Shown: positions 51,635 through 60,959 of the stretch, in pieces
Position numbering within the stretch: position 1 is the first letter of the stretch
Layout of the letters: each line of letters begins with the position of its first letter
Assembly: GCA_965197275.1 (NCBI GenBank)
Contig: CBDAMQ010000031.1
Coordinates: forward strand, 212,261-276,260
Origin: Acidobacteriota bacterium
Lineage (GTDB): Bacteria > Acidobacteriota > UBA890 > WLXD01
Direction: 5' to 3'
DNA length: 64,000 bases
Notes under the pieces: model-generated
What the model was told of the DNA's origin: nothing
The model's database searches: none
Seen by the model: only the letters and a program-made list of their open reading frames with translations
Made by a program: the position numbers and the translations under genes

Positions 51635-52797
51635 GCCAGCACCTCGGTGAATATCTCGGTGGCCCGTTGCATCTCTTCCATGGTCCCGATCGAGATTCGC
51701 GCGTGCGTTCGTTCCATTGGCGGGAAGTCGCGACCGATACGAATGCCTTGCTTCATGCAGGCGTCGCGCATCGCCTGTGCCGGTCGGCCGATGTTCACGA
51801 AGATGAAGTTAGTATTGGACTCGAACACCTCGAACCCGCCCTTCCGGAAGAAGTCGACGGTGAACTTCCGGGCCTCGGCGTTGCGCTGGATCTCGCGCTT
51901 CAGCCGTGCCGTGTCCTGATACGTCGTGTAAGCGGCGGCGAGACCCACATTGTTGGTGTTGACGGGTAGCCCGTAGCTCTTCAACTTGGCGACGACGTCG
52001 CGGTGGCCCACCGCGTAGCCGATGCGCAGCCCGGCCATGCCGTAGACCTTCGAGAACGTACGGCTGACGAAGATGTTCGGTGTCCACAGCGCCAGCGACA
52101 GCGCCGAGCGGTAGCCCGGGTCGGTGACGTAATCGTGGTAGGCCTCATCGAAGTGGATCACGGTGTCCGGCGAGATCCGTTGCACGCGCTCGACGAACTC
52201 GGCGATGGCTTCCGCCGAGTGCACGGTTCCGGTCGGGTTGTTCGGATTGCACACGAAGATCAGACCGGCTCCCCGGGACGCGTCGGCCATGGCGTCGAGG
52301 TTCAGCTGCCCTTTGGCGTTGACCGGGATCGCCTTTACGTCGGCGCCGAGATACTCCGCCACCCGCTGCGATGTTGAATAGGTCGGAGTCGCGGTGACCA
52401 GATGCTTGGTCTTCGAGGTAAACGCCTGAACGGCGTTCTTGAGGAACTCTCCCGATCCGGCGCCGAGTACCACGTGCTCCGGACGGGCGTCGTTGGCCGC
52501 CGCTAGCGCGTCCAGCAGATCGTCCATTCCCGGGCTGGTGTTGTCCGGGTATCGGCTGGCGTCATGGAACGCCTCGCGAACGGCGTCCAGCGCCCGTTCG
52601 CCAGGCCCCCGCGGATTCTCGTTGCTGCTCAGCCGGAGCTCGCCGTTGGCCGGAGGCGGCACGACGGCCGCATCTCGGGCCCGCGGCCAGAGCTCATCGA
52701 CCAGGGCCTCGCGGCCACGGGCAGCGATCAGCGCGCCCGCCGGGCCACCCCCCGCTGCTGAGTGGCCACCCAACAGCGCACGACGCGAGAGCGACAT
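51631..52797 (-). CDS. Class I/II PLP-dependent aminotransferase (HisC family) with Tat signal peptide; paralog of the downstream gene
   Basis: MSLSRRALLGGHSAAGGGPAGALIAA. TFSKVYGMAGLRIGY. NPNNPTGT. ~45% identity to its neighbor, by eye. Confidence 0.85.
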   Translation of the reverse strand: MSLSRRALLGGHSAAGGGPAGALIAARGREALVDELWPRARDAAVVPPPANGELRLSSNENPRGPGERALDAVREAFHDASRYPDNTSPGMDDLLDALAAANDARPEHVVLGAGSGEFLKNAVQAFTSKTKHLVTATPTYSTSQRVAEYLGADVKAIPVNAKGQLNLDAMADASRGAGLIFVCNPNNPTGTVHSAEAIAEFVERVQRISPDTVIHFDEAYHDYVTDPGYRSALSLALWTPNIFVSRTFSKVYGMAGLRIGYAVGHRDVVAKLKSYGLPVNTNNVGLAAAYTTYQDTARLKREIQRNAEARKFTVDFFRKGGFEVFESNTNFIFVNIGRPAQAMRDACMKQGIRIGRDFPPMERTHARISIGTMEEMQRATEIFTEVLA

Positions 52798-52967
52798 GAG
52801 TGAGTACCTCCTCGATTCGAGAACCGAAAGCCTACCGAGTGTCGCCTAGGCTATCGCGATTCGCCGAGGAGCGGCAATCGCCCGCGCGGCGAGTGACGGG
52901 GATCGTCGGCGCGCGCGGTACATCGACGGACTGCTAGACTCCCAACCTCCAGCCGGCGAGGATCGCA

Positions 52968-53903
52968 ATGGCCCTTTTCCCCCTCTGGTCCAAACGGCGT
53001 CAAGCGCTCGTCAGCGCGCTCGTCGTGGCCGCCACATCCATGGCGCCAGGCAAGACGACGGCGGCTCCGGCGTTGCCGGGGCAGGCATCACCGACAGGGG
53101 TAGCGCGTTCGCAGGGGAACACGGAGACGACGCCTCTGTGGCGCGGCGCTGATGGGCAACTGCTGCCGTTTCGGAGTCATTCCGAGGCGGTGGAGTTCCT
53201 CGAGCAGGCAGAGGTTACCTCAGCACGGGCGTTCGGTGCGGGGACCACCGGACTGCAGCGAGCCGTTCTCGAGCTCGGAGCCGTCAGCGCGCGTGCCGCG
53301 GTTCACTACGTCGACGAATCGAGCCGCAATCAACGCATGTTCGGGCGTCGATTCCGCTTCTACCACGATAGCTACAAGAGTCAATGTGCGGCATACGAGC
53401 TGGCGCGGTTGTTCCGACTCGAAAACGTCCCACCGACGGTCTGCCGCATGATCCGTGGCCGCCCTGCGAGCGTGCAGCTCTGGGTCGAGGGGGCGATGTC
53501 GGAGGCAGATCGTCTGGAGCAGGCGATCGAGCCGCCGGTGGCACGGATCTGGATTCGTCAAATGCAGGCGATGCGCCTGTTCGACACGTTGATCTTCAAC
53601 GACGACCGCAACACGGGAAACCTCCTGTTCGACGCCGAGTGGAGGTTGTGGATGATCGATCACACGCGTGGCTTTCAAGAGCATACCGACCTGCGCGACG
53701 CCGACGAGTTTTACTCGTGCTCGCGCGAGTCCTGGGAACTACTGCAGACGCTGACCGACGCCGAGATGCGCCGAGCGGTGCAGGCGTATCTCAACTCCGT
53801 GCAGGTCGAGACGCTGCTTTCTCGGCGAGGCGATCTCGTGGTGTACCTCCAGCGTCTGATCGATGAGCGCGGCGAGGCCGCCGTGCTGCGCGACGTCCCG
53901 TAG
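52968..53903 (+). CDS. Secreted protein with atypical-kinase (PI3K/PI4K/APH-like) catalytic motifs, unknown function
   Basis: Signal peptide MALFPLWSKRRQALVSALVVAATSMA. …LIFNDDRNTGNLLFDAEWRLWMIDHTRGF… matches D-x4-N catalytic loop followed by an (I/L)D(H/F)G metal-binding segment. 35 nt upstream of the MutS-like gene. Confidence 0.55.
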   Translation: MALFPLWSKRRQALVSALVVAATSMAPGKTTAAPALPGQASPTGVARSQGNTETTPLWRGADGQLLPFRSHSEAVEFLEQAEVTSARAFGAGTTGLQRAVLELGAVSARAAVHYVDESSRNQRMFGRRFRFYHDSYKSQCAAYELARLFRLENVPPTVCRMIRGRPASVQLWVEGAMSEADRLEQAIEPPVARIWIRQMQAMRLFDTLIFNDDRNTGNLLFDAEWRLWMIDHTRGFQEHTDLRDADEFYSCSRESWELLQTLTDAEMRRAVQAYLNSVQVETLLSRRGDLVVYLQRLIDERGEAAVLRDVP

Positions 53904-53938
53904 TCTCAGGGCACTGGCCGGCCTGCTAGCATCAGCGA

Positions 53939-55585
53939 ATGATCCCGATACCCGATCTGTTGCACGGCCGTGAGCGTGCGTACCCGGACAACGGACTGCT
54001 CGAGGATCTGCTCGAGCTGGCGTTCCTCGGGTCCAATGAGACGGCGCGAATTCACCAGCACATCGGTCAGTCGCCTCTGGAGACTTCGCCTTGGGATCCG
54101 GCGCTGTTCGCCGAGGACGTGTTCCTCACCGAGTTTGTAGAGGACTCCTCGTGCATAGAGATCGGTGGCACCGAGTACCACGCTCACCCTGAGTTCCTGC
54201 AAAGGGTTCTGGCGCGTCCGCCAGTCGATCTCGAGACGGTCCATTTCCGGCAGGCCATCTTGCGCGAGCTCGAAACCGACGCCGACATACGAGATCGTAC
54301 CGAGCAGCTCTACGTCGAGCTGATCGCCTTGCTCGATCTGATCAAGTCGGCGCATACGGTACGGACCGTCGACAACACGCCACACCGCCTTGGCATGCTC
54401 GGACAGGCGCGCCACGTCATCAACCTGATGGTCAACGATTTCGACGCGTGTTCCTCAGGTTTGCGCCGAATCCACGAATCGGGTGTCGGCATTCAGGCGA
54501 CGCGCGACTATCTCATCCTTACCGACCTACTGGCCTACGAAGACAACATTGCCTCGGTGAGCGTGTCACTGCAGCTCGGCGCCGATGGTCGGATCAAGAA
54601 GCTCCAGATCGAGGACTTCGAGGAAGCGCGGGACAACCGCTTCTACAAGTCGGCATGGCGTCGTTGGCGCGAGTTGTTCGACACCTATTGGCGTGGTTAC
54701 AACCTCAGCTCGCGCGAGATGGTCAACCGCGTGATCATCGACGTGTACCAGCGCATCGCGCCGTCGCTGGCCCGCGTGTTGACGCTCGTCGGCCATCTTG
54801 AGTTCTTTCTCACCAGCCGCGCCTTCGCCGACAACTGTCGAAAGCAGGGGCTCGATGTGTGCATCCCGACGGTGGTCAGCAGGGGCTCACTGCGGTTGGG
54901 TCAGGCATTCAACCCGCTGCTACTGAGACAGGATGCGCCGCCTGTCGCTTGCGACATTACCGAGGACGACGACGAGTCGATCACCGTGGTGACGGGGCCG
55001 AATTCGGGGGGCAAGACACGTCTGCTTCAGGGCCTGGGGTTGGTGCAACTGATGGCGCAGTCGGGTATCTACGTCGCCGCCGCCGAAGCCTGCGTACCGA
55101 TGCGAAGCGGCCTGTTCGCCTCCATCGTGCAGACGGATTCCGCCGATCAGCTCGAAGGGCGACTCGGTCAAGAGCTGGTGCGCATCCGCACGCTCTTTCA
55201 GCACATACGACCGCGATCGATGGTTCTCCTCGACGAGCTGTGCTCGGGAACCAATCCGTCCGAAGCGGCTGAGATCGTTCTGATGGTGCTCGAGTTGCTG
55301 AGCGAGCTGTCGCCGAGGGCGTTCATCACGACTCACTTTCTCGACCTGGCGCGCGAGCTAGACCACAAACGAACTCTACCGCACCTCGATTTTCTGCAGG
55401 TCGAGATCGAAGGCGGCGAATCGACCTATCAGTTCCTTGCCGGGGTGGCCGGAACATCGATGGCGACTGAGACAGCGCGCAGGCTGGGTGTAGATTTCGA
55501 GGTCCTGTCGCAGCAGATCCGTGCTCGCCTGGAGCGCGACGGAGTGAGCCCACATCCCGTCGTCGAAGGGGAATCGACCGAGTAG
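53939..55585 (+). CDS. MutS-related ABC-ATPase (MutS domain III/V only; no mismatch-binding or Smr domain)
   Basis: …ITVVTGPNSGGKTRLLQGLGLVQLMAQSG… Walker A. …MVLLDELCSGTNPSEA… Walker B. …TTHF… His-switch. 548 aa. Confidence 0.8.
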   Translation: MIPIPDLLHGRERAYPDNGLLEDLLELAFLGSNETARIHQHIGQSPLETSPWDPALFAEDVFLTEFVEDSSCIEIGGTEYHAHPEFLQRVLARPPVDLETVHFRQAILRELETDADIRDRTEQLYVELIALLDLIKSAHTVRTVDNTPHRLGMLGQARHVINLMVNDFDACSSGLRRIHESGVGIQATRDYLILTDLLAYEDNIASVSVSLQLGADGRIKKLQIEDFEEARDNRFYKSAWRRWRELFDTYWRGYNLSSREMVNRVIIDVYQRIAPSLARVLTLVGHLEFFLTSRAFADNCRKQGLDVCIPTVVSRGSLRLGQAFNPLLLRQDAPPVACDITEDDDESITVVTGPNSGGKTRLLQGLGLVQLMAQSGIYVAAAEACVPMRSGLFASIVQTDSADQLEGRLGQELVRIRTLFQHIRPRSMVLLDELCSGTNPSEAAEIVLMVLELLSELSPRAFITTHFLDLARELDHKRTLPHLDFLQVEIEGGESTYQFLAGVAGTSMATETARRLGVDFEVLSQQIRARLERDGVSPHPVVEGESTE

Positions 55586-55597
55586 GTAAGGTAAGTG

Positions 55598-56350
55598 CTA
55601 GGCGCTGGGACAGTGCACGACGACCGCCGTGACGTTGTCGGTGCCGTCCTCGGCGCAGGCAGTGTCGACGATAGAGCGCGCCGTATGGTCGGCCCGGGCA
55701 CCGTCGGAAGCGAAGGTGCCGATGCGCTCGGCATCCATCACCTGGGTCATGCCGTCCGTGCCGAGCACCCAGATATCCCCGGCAAACGCCTCGCCCTCGA
55801 TCACGTCCACCTCCACGTCGGGTGTGTTTCCGATGCTTCGTGTCAGCACGTTGCGCATTGGGTGTCGGGCGGCATCTTCCGGGGTTATGACACCCAGGCG
55901 CACCTGTTCGGCAAGCACTGAGTGGTCGTCGGTGATCTGGCGGGAGACGCCGTCGCGTATCAGCCAGGCGCGCGAGTCGCCAACGTGCGCCACCCGGTAG
56001 TCTCCGCCGACGAGGAGCAGTGCGGTTAGCGTCGTACCCATGCCGCTACGCTCCGCGTGCTGTATTGACTCCTCGTAGATGGCGGTGTTCGCCTGTTGGA
56101 ATGCGCGAGTCAGCTCAGCCGCCCCGATGGCCTCGTCGGTGTGCTCGGCGACGAATTCGTGCAACACCTCGACGGCCAGGTGGCTGGCGCGCTCGCCGGC
56201 GTTGTGACCGCCCATGCCATCAGCGACGATGAACAGGCCCAGGTCGCGGTCTACCTTGAGCGAGTCTTCATTGTGATCGCGGACTCGTCCGACCAGCGTG
56301 TAGTACCCGACGTCGACGGGTGGGCGGGACGGGGCAGCTGGATCGATCAT
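55598..56350 (-). CDS. PP2C-family Ser/Thr phosphatase (Stp1-like)
   Basis: …LFIVADGMGGHNAGERAS…, …VAHVGDSRAWL…, …VLGTDGM…, …DNVTAVVV…. Confidence 0.9.
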   Translation of the reverse strand: MIDPAAPSRPPVDVGYYTLVGRVRDHNEDSLKVDRDLGLFIVADGMGGHNAGERASHLAVEVLHEFVAEHTDEAIGAAELTRAFQQANTAIYEESIQHAERSGMGTTLTALLLVGGDYRVAHVGDSRAWLIRDGVSRQITDDHSVLAEQVRLGVITPEDAARHPMRNVLTRSIGNTPDVEVDVIEGEAFAGDIWVLGTDGMTQVMDAERIGTFASDGARADHTARSIVDTACAEDGTDNVTAVVVHCPSA

Positions 56351-56580
56351 CGTGCTCGAGGTTGCCGGGTGCCAGGACCGGGGGATTGTAGCCGATGCGC
56401 CGGTCGTCGACCGGTGATACGCCTCCCAGATGTCCGTCGGTGAAGCCTTTCGAGACGATCAGGGCACACCTGTCACCGGGTTTCCGCGCCTGGACACGCC
56501 GTTGACGGACAAACGGGTACACGCCTTGCCCCAGAAACGCATCAGCGGCAGGCTCGATGATGGTGATTCTGGAGGATGGC

Positions 56581-58083
56581 ATGAAGCGTGATCGAGGGGC
56601 TAGGATGCCCACTGAAATGGGTACCCTTCCCCGCTGCGGTCGCTACGAGTTGCTGGCGGCGATCGGCAACGGATCAGGTCGAGAAGTCTGGCGGGCGGTT
56701 GACCCGCGTAGCCAGCAGTGTGTCGCGATCAAGAGGTTCGCGCCGATCAGCCGCCACCCGCTTGCCGCCCATCGGTTGCATGACGAGGTACAGGCGATTT
56801 TTGGCGCTGCCGTCGAGCACGGTGGAAACGAGCTCGTGCAGCTTCTTGACATGGGGCTCGAGCGGGATCGCACGTGGGTTGCGGCCGAGCTCCTGGAAGT
56901 TCCGACCCTGACCGACGTCCAGGCAGATTCGGGGCTGACTCCGAAACAGGTCGCTGATTACGTTGTGGCGGCCGCCGCCGCCGTCGACCAGCTCAACGGG
57001 CGCGGTTTTGTTCACGCAAATCTGAAGCTGTCGAACGTCTTCGTCGATGTTGCCGGTGAGGTCAAGCTCGCCGACCCCTTTCTGGTTGAGGTGCTGGGGC
57101 CGCGACTGCTGGAGGAGGAGCTGCCGGAATCCCTCGTCAGCCATATGGCGCCGGAACTGGTTAACGGCGCCCCGGTGAGTCCGTTGTCGGACCAGTACGC
57201 GCTGGGGGTGATCGCCTACCGTTTGCTCGGCGGCGCAGCGCCATTCGACGGCGTCAGCTCGCTAGAATACCTCTACGCCACCGTTTACATGGAAGCCACA
57301 GCTCTCTCGGTACACATGGCGGGTCTGGGTACCGAGGTGGATCGGGTCGTGCGCCGCGCCATGGCGAAGGCACCCGGCGACAGGTTCGCGGATTGTCGGT
57401 CGTTCGCGCGACAGCTGGCGGCGGTGATCAGTGCGCGTACGGGTGAACGGCTCGAACCGGCACGGAAAGCGGAAGCGCCGACTGTTCGGCTCCGCCCGGC
57501 TACGGACACTGCCGGGTGGCCCGGCCCGCGCGCCACGGAGTCTCGGGCCCGTGACTCCACCGGTGCTCGGTTCCCGGTGAGTGGGCCATCCCCAGTCGAT
57601 GAGCCGGAGGACAAGATCGAGCTTCAGGCAGTGGATCAGGACGGGAATGTCGCCGTACCGTCGGAAGAGCGGCGGCCCGTTGACGAAGACGCGATCTCGG
57701 AGGAAGCCGCCGACGAGGATCTGCCGATCGCACAGATCCGCATACCAACAAGCGCGCCGGCCGATGACACTACCGAATTCGAGGCGGCGGAAGATCCGAA
57801 GCTCCCTGTGGCCGGCTGGGCGATCGCGCGGCGGCGGGGGTGGTGGGATCCAGGTGCCGTTTGGCGTTCGATCTCCGGCCTGTTGCACGGAAGTCGACGC
57901 CACAACCGTAGTGGTTCGGCTGTGCGCGAAGACGGCATCGACTACTGGAGGCTCGACTCCCACCGATCCGCACTCGACACCGATGCTGCGCACTACTACT
58001 CCGCGCCATCGCTCGATCCTGAGTGGGAGCTACACGTGCTCACTGACCGCCTCGGTTCCCAGGTTTGGGTTAACGGTGTTTAA
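56581..58083 (+). CDS. Ser/Thr protein-kinase-like protein, predicted catalytically inactive pseudokinase, with Pro/Glu-rich linker and C-terminal domain
   Basis: Gly-loop IGNGSGREV. VAIK. But the catalytic loop reads HANLKLSNVFVD (HRD to HAN) and the DFG position reads LADPF. AGGA Shine-Dalgarno before ATG 56581. Confidence 0.8.
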   Translation: MKRDRGARMPTEMGTLPRCGRYELLAAIGNGSGREVWRAVDPRSQQCVAIKRFAPISRHPLAAHRLHDEVQAIFGAAVEHGGNELVQLLDMGLERDRTWVAAELLEVPTLTDVQADSGLTPKQVADYVVAAAAAVDQLNGRGFVHANLKLSNVFVDVAGEVKLADPFLVEVLGPRLLEEELPESLVSHMAPELVNGAPVSPLSDQYALGVIAYRLLGGAAPFDGVSSLEYLYATVYMEATALSVHMAGLGTEVDRVVRRAMAKAPGDRFADCRSFARQLAAVISARTGERLEPARKAEAPTVRLRPATDTAGWPGPRATESRARDSTGARFPVSGPSPVDEPEDKIELQAVDQDGNVAVPSEERRPVDEDAISEEAADEDLPIAQIRIPTSAPADDTTEFEAAEDPKLPVAGWAIARRRGWWDPGAVWRSISGLLHGSRRHNRSGSAVREDGIDYWRLDSHRSALDTDAAHYYSAPSLDPEWELHVLTDRLGSQVWVNGV

Positions 58084-58278
58084 GCAGCCGAGGCACCGGG
58101 CGCCCTGCTCGTGCGCGGTAAGTCGAGTGAGGTGGTCAAGCTCGAACTGCGCTGTGCAGACGATGTGCTGGCCGCCAAGGAAGTGGTGTTGCACCCGCTC
58201 ATGTCGAAACGCTGGGATGCCGACACAACCGCAGAGGCTGCGGCGCTGCCGGCGGCATCCGTCGATGATTCGGAGGAC

Positions 58279-60756
58279 TCAGAATAGGGTCGTCAGCACC
58301 CCGTCGACCGCTTGCTCGTGTGGCATCCACCCGAGCGCCAGGGCCTTGATCTCGATGTCGGTCTTGCGCGGCTTGAGCGCGATGACGTCGAGGGTGAGGC
58401 GAGCCGGGTCGTGCTCCGAGCGGATCTGATCTACCGCCGCTTCGAATTCCGCTTCGAGAGCCATCAGCTGCTCCTCGGCCGCCTCGACGTTGGCGCGCGC
58501 CCGACCCACATCCTGAGCCTGTGCCATCGCGCGCCCGGCTCCGCGTGCGGCTGTGGTCGCTTTGCCAATCGTTGCCGAGCCGACCTTCCGGCCGAGGAGG
58601 GCGGACAGCACCGTGGTGCCGATAGAGATCGCCGTTTGTAATGTGGCGCCGCGCGCCTGCTCACGTTCGCGTTCGACAGACTGCTCGGCCCTACGTATGC
58701 GCTCGCGAATCGAGTTGAACCTGCTGGCGTACTTCCTGCGCAGTTTCTCCACCTCGAGGTCACGTGCCTCGTGGGCTCGCTCGCTGAGACGGATGCGGAA
58801 CTCGGCCTCGGATTCTCCTGGTTCGGAGTACTGCTTGAGTGCCGGGCACCGGAACAGCTCGAAGCGACGGGTGCGATACAGCCAGGCGGACAGCGATCGC
58901 TTCCATGTCGCGTAACTGCGGGCCTGCGAGGCAGGGCCGAATATATCCGCGAAACGTCCTGGCACCGGGGCGCTCGAGAGCAGATCACCGTGCCGAATCG
59001 GAGTCTCAGTGGCATGATCCCAATCGAGTGCTGACGCCGAAGCTACATCCGACGATGCCACCAGCGTAACGGTCTCCTCGGCATCGAGGCCGCGGCGTGA
59101 GTCGACGAAGTGCACTTGCGCGCGCGCCACCACGCGCGGCAGGTATACCACCTGAGCGGTGGTCATCGCGCCTCGGATCGGCAGGTGGCACTGAGGAACG
59201 CCGGGTGGGAGCACCGGACGTTCGTTTGCCGTCTCCGCGTTGAGAGCCGTCGGCGCCGACGGTCCGGTCGTGTCGCGACGGACCGTGGCCGACGAGTCGG
59301 TGATCGGCGCGGGCGAGGCGATCGCTTGTCCGTCAGCATCGGGGGTCAGGTGGCGAATCTGCGACCTCGTGAGGGGGCCGCGGAGATACGACATTGCCCA
59401 GCGTGTGTGGAAGACGACTGGGCCGTCTTCGTGCACGTTGTGCATCAGGAACACGCGTTTGCCCAGTCCGGCCAGGGTCTCGTTCATGGCGCCACGGTCG
59501 AAGCGCGTTGCGGCTGTTGCCGAGACTCCCTCGAGGCCGTCGAGCATCCTGCGCTTGTCGCGCTCGGTTTGCAGGCGACCGAGAAACCAGGTCCCGGTGT
59601 TCGAGAGCCCCTTGTAGTCGAGGTCGACAGGGTTTTGCGTCGCCATGACGACGCCCACGCCGAAGGCGCGAGCCTGTTTGAGCAAAGTGAGCAGAGGCTT
59701 CTTGGAGGGCGGTTCTGCCACCGGGGGCATGTAGCCGAAGATCTCGTCCATATAGAGCAGAGCGCGCAGGCTCGTGGTACCGGATCGGGTCCGCATCCAG
59801 CCCAGCAGCCGGTTCAGCAGCAGCGTGACCACGAACATCCGCTCTTGGTCCGACAGGTGGGCGATGTAGATGATCGACACTCGGGGCGTGCCTTGCGCGC
59901 CATACAGCAGGTGCTGGGGGTCCATGGACTCGCCAGTCAACCAGGCGCCGAAACCCGGAGCAGCCAGCAAGTTGTTGAGTGACAGCGCCAGGTCGAAACG
60001 GTCCTTCGGTGGGAAGAACGAGTCCAAATCCATCACGCCGACTCTTTGAATCGGTGGCGATTGGATCAGCTGGATAAGCCGGCCGAGGTCGAGATCCTGT
60101 CCCTGGCGCCAGGTGTAATCGATGATCTTCGCCAACAAGATGTGCTGACGTGAGCGGAGGGGGTCGGCGTCGATGCCCATGAGAGCCAGCAAGCTCGTGG
60201 CGGCCGTGCTGATCTGCTCGCGGTACAGATCGGCGTCGGCGATTACCTCCGCGCCCGGCGCCGCGAACGACGACAGAATCGACAGCGGACGCCCGGACTC
60301 GGATCCCGGCGTGTAGACCGAGAAGTCGGCCGCCGACCGAAGGCGTCGGATGCGCTCGCCGTCCTGGCCCCACGAGCCGAGCCCCTGGCGCCATATGTTT
60401 GCCTCAGCCTCGGCGAACTGAGCGGGGGTCATGCCGTTGCGCTGCGCGTCGTCGGGGTTGATCCACGGCGCGAAGTCCTTCGGCCGGAGGTCGGGGAACG
60501 TCAGTAGCAGGTTGGTGAGATCTCCCTTGGGGTCGATAACCAGCGCCGGGACCCCATCGATCGCGGCCTCCTCCAGGAGACTCACGCAAAGGCCTGTCTT
60601 GCCGCTGCCGGTCATGCCCACACACATCGCGTGCGTGGTCAGATCCTTGGAGTCGTAGAGCAGCAGCTCGTCCTTCATGGCGCCGTGCTCGAGGTCGTAT
60701 TCGCGCCCGAGGTAGAACGCTCCCAGTTTTTCGTAGGCGTCAGGGGACGGGTTCAC
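58279..60756 (-). CDS. DUF853 (YjgR-like) HerA/FtsK-superfamily P-loop ATPase with a ~300-aa C-terminal coiled-coil extension
   Basis: …LGAFYLGREYD…THAMCVGMTGSGKTGLCVSLLEEAAIDGVPALVIDPKGDL… parallels YjgR (…LGKAG…HGLIAGATGTGKTV…GVPVFMADVKGDL). …ATQNPVDL… GGAGA Shine-Dalgarno 8 nt before GTG at 60756 (ORF track start 60828). Confidence 0.8.
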   Translation of the reverse strand: MNPSPDAYEKLGAFYLGREYDLEHGAMKDELLLYDSKDLTTHAMCVGMTGSGKTGLCVSLLEEAAIDGVPALVIDPKGDLTNLLLTFPDLRPKDFAPWINPDDAQRNGMTPAQFAEAEANIWRQGLGSWGQDGERIRRLRSAADFSVYTPGSESGRPLSILSSFAAPGAEVIADADLYREQISTAATSLLALMGIDADPLRSRQHILLAKIIDYTWRQGQDLDLGRLIQLIQSPPIQRVGVMDLDSFFPPKDRFDLALSLNNLLAAPGFGAWLTGESMDPQHLLYGAQGTPRVSIIYIAHLSDQERMFVVTLLLNRLLGWMRTRSGTTSLRALLYMDEIFGYMPPVAEPPSKKPLLTLLKQARAFGVGVVMATQNPVDLDYKGLSNTGTWFLGRLQTERDKRRMLDGLEGVSATAATRFDRGAMNETLAGLGKRVFLMHNVHEDGPVVFHTRWAMSYLRGPLTRSQIRHLTPDADGQAIASPAPITDSSATVRRDTTGPSAPTALNAETANERPVLPPGVPQCHLPIRGAMTTAQVVYLPRVVARAQVHFVDSRRGLDAEETVTLVASSDVASASALDWDHATETPIRHGDLLSSAPVPGRFADIFGPASQARSYATWKRSLSAWLYRTRRFELFRCPALKQYSEPGESEAEFRIRLSERAHEARDLEVEKLRRKYASRFNSIRERIRRAEQSVEREREQARGATLQTAISIGTTVLSALLGRKVGSATIGKATTAARGAGRAMAQAQDVGRARANVEAAEEQLMALEAEFEAAVDQIRSEHDPARLTLDVIALKPRKTDIEIKALALGWMPHEQAVDGVLTTLF

Positions 60757-60959
60757 GTGTCGTCTCCGCGATCCTGTGGCCGCTATACACGGCTGTTGGC
60801 ATACGGTTTCGGTGGGTGGCTCGGGCAATGTCGCCCGGTGGCCGGGAGGCGACTATTCTTGCACAGGATATCGCTGGCTCGGGTCCGTCTAACCCGCTGT
60901 AGGACCGCGGCCGGATAATTGAACAGGGTCCCTCAGCAGGCCTGCATGGAGGAGCCGCG

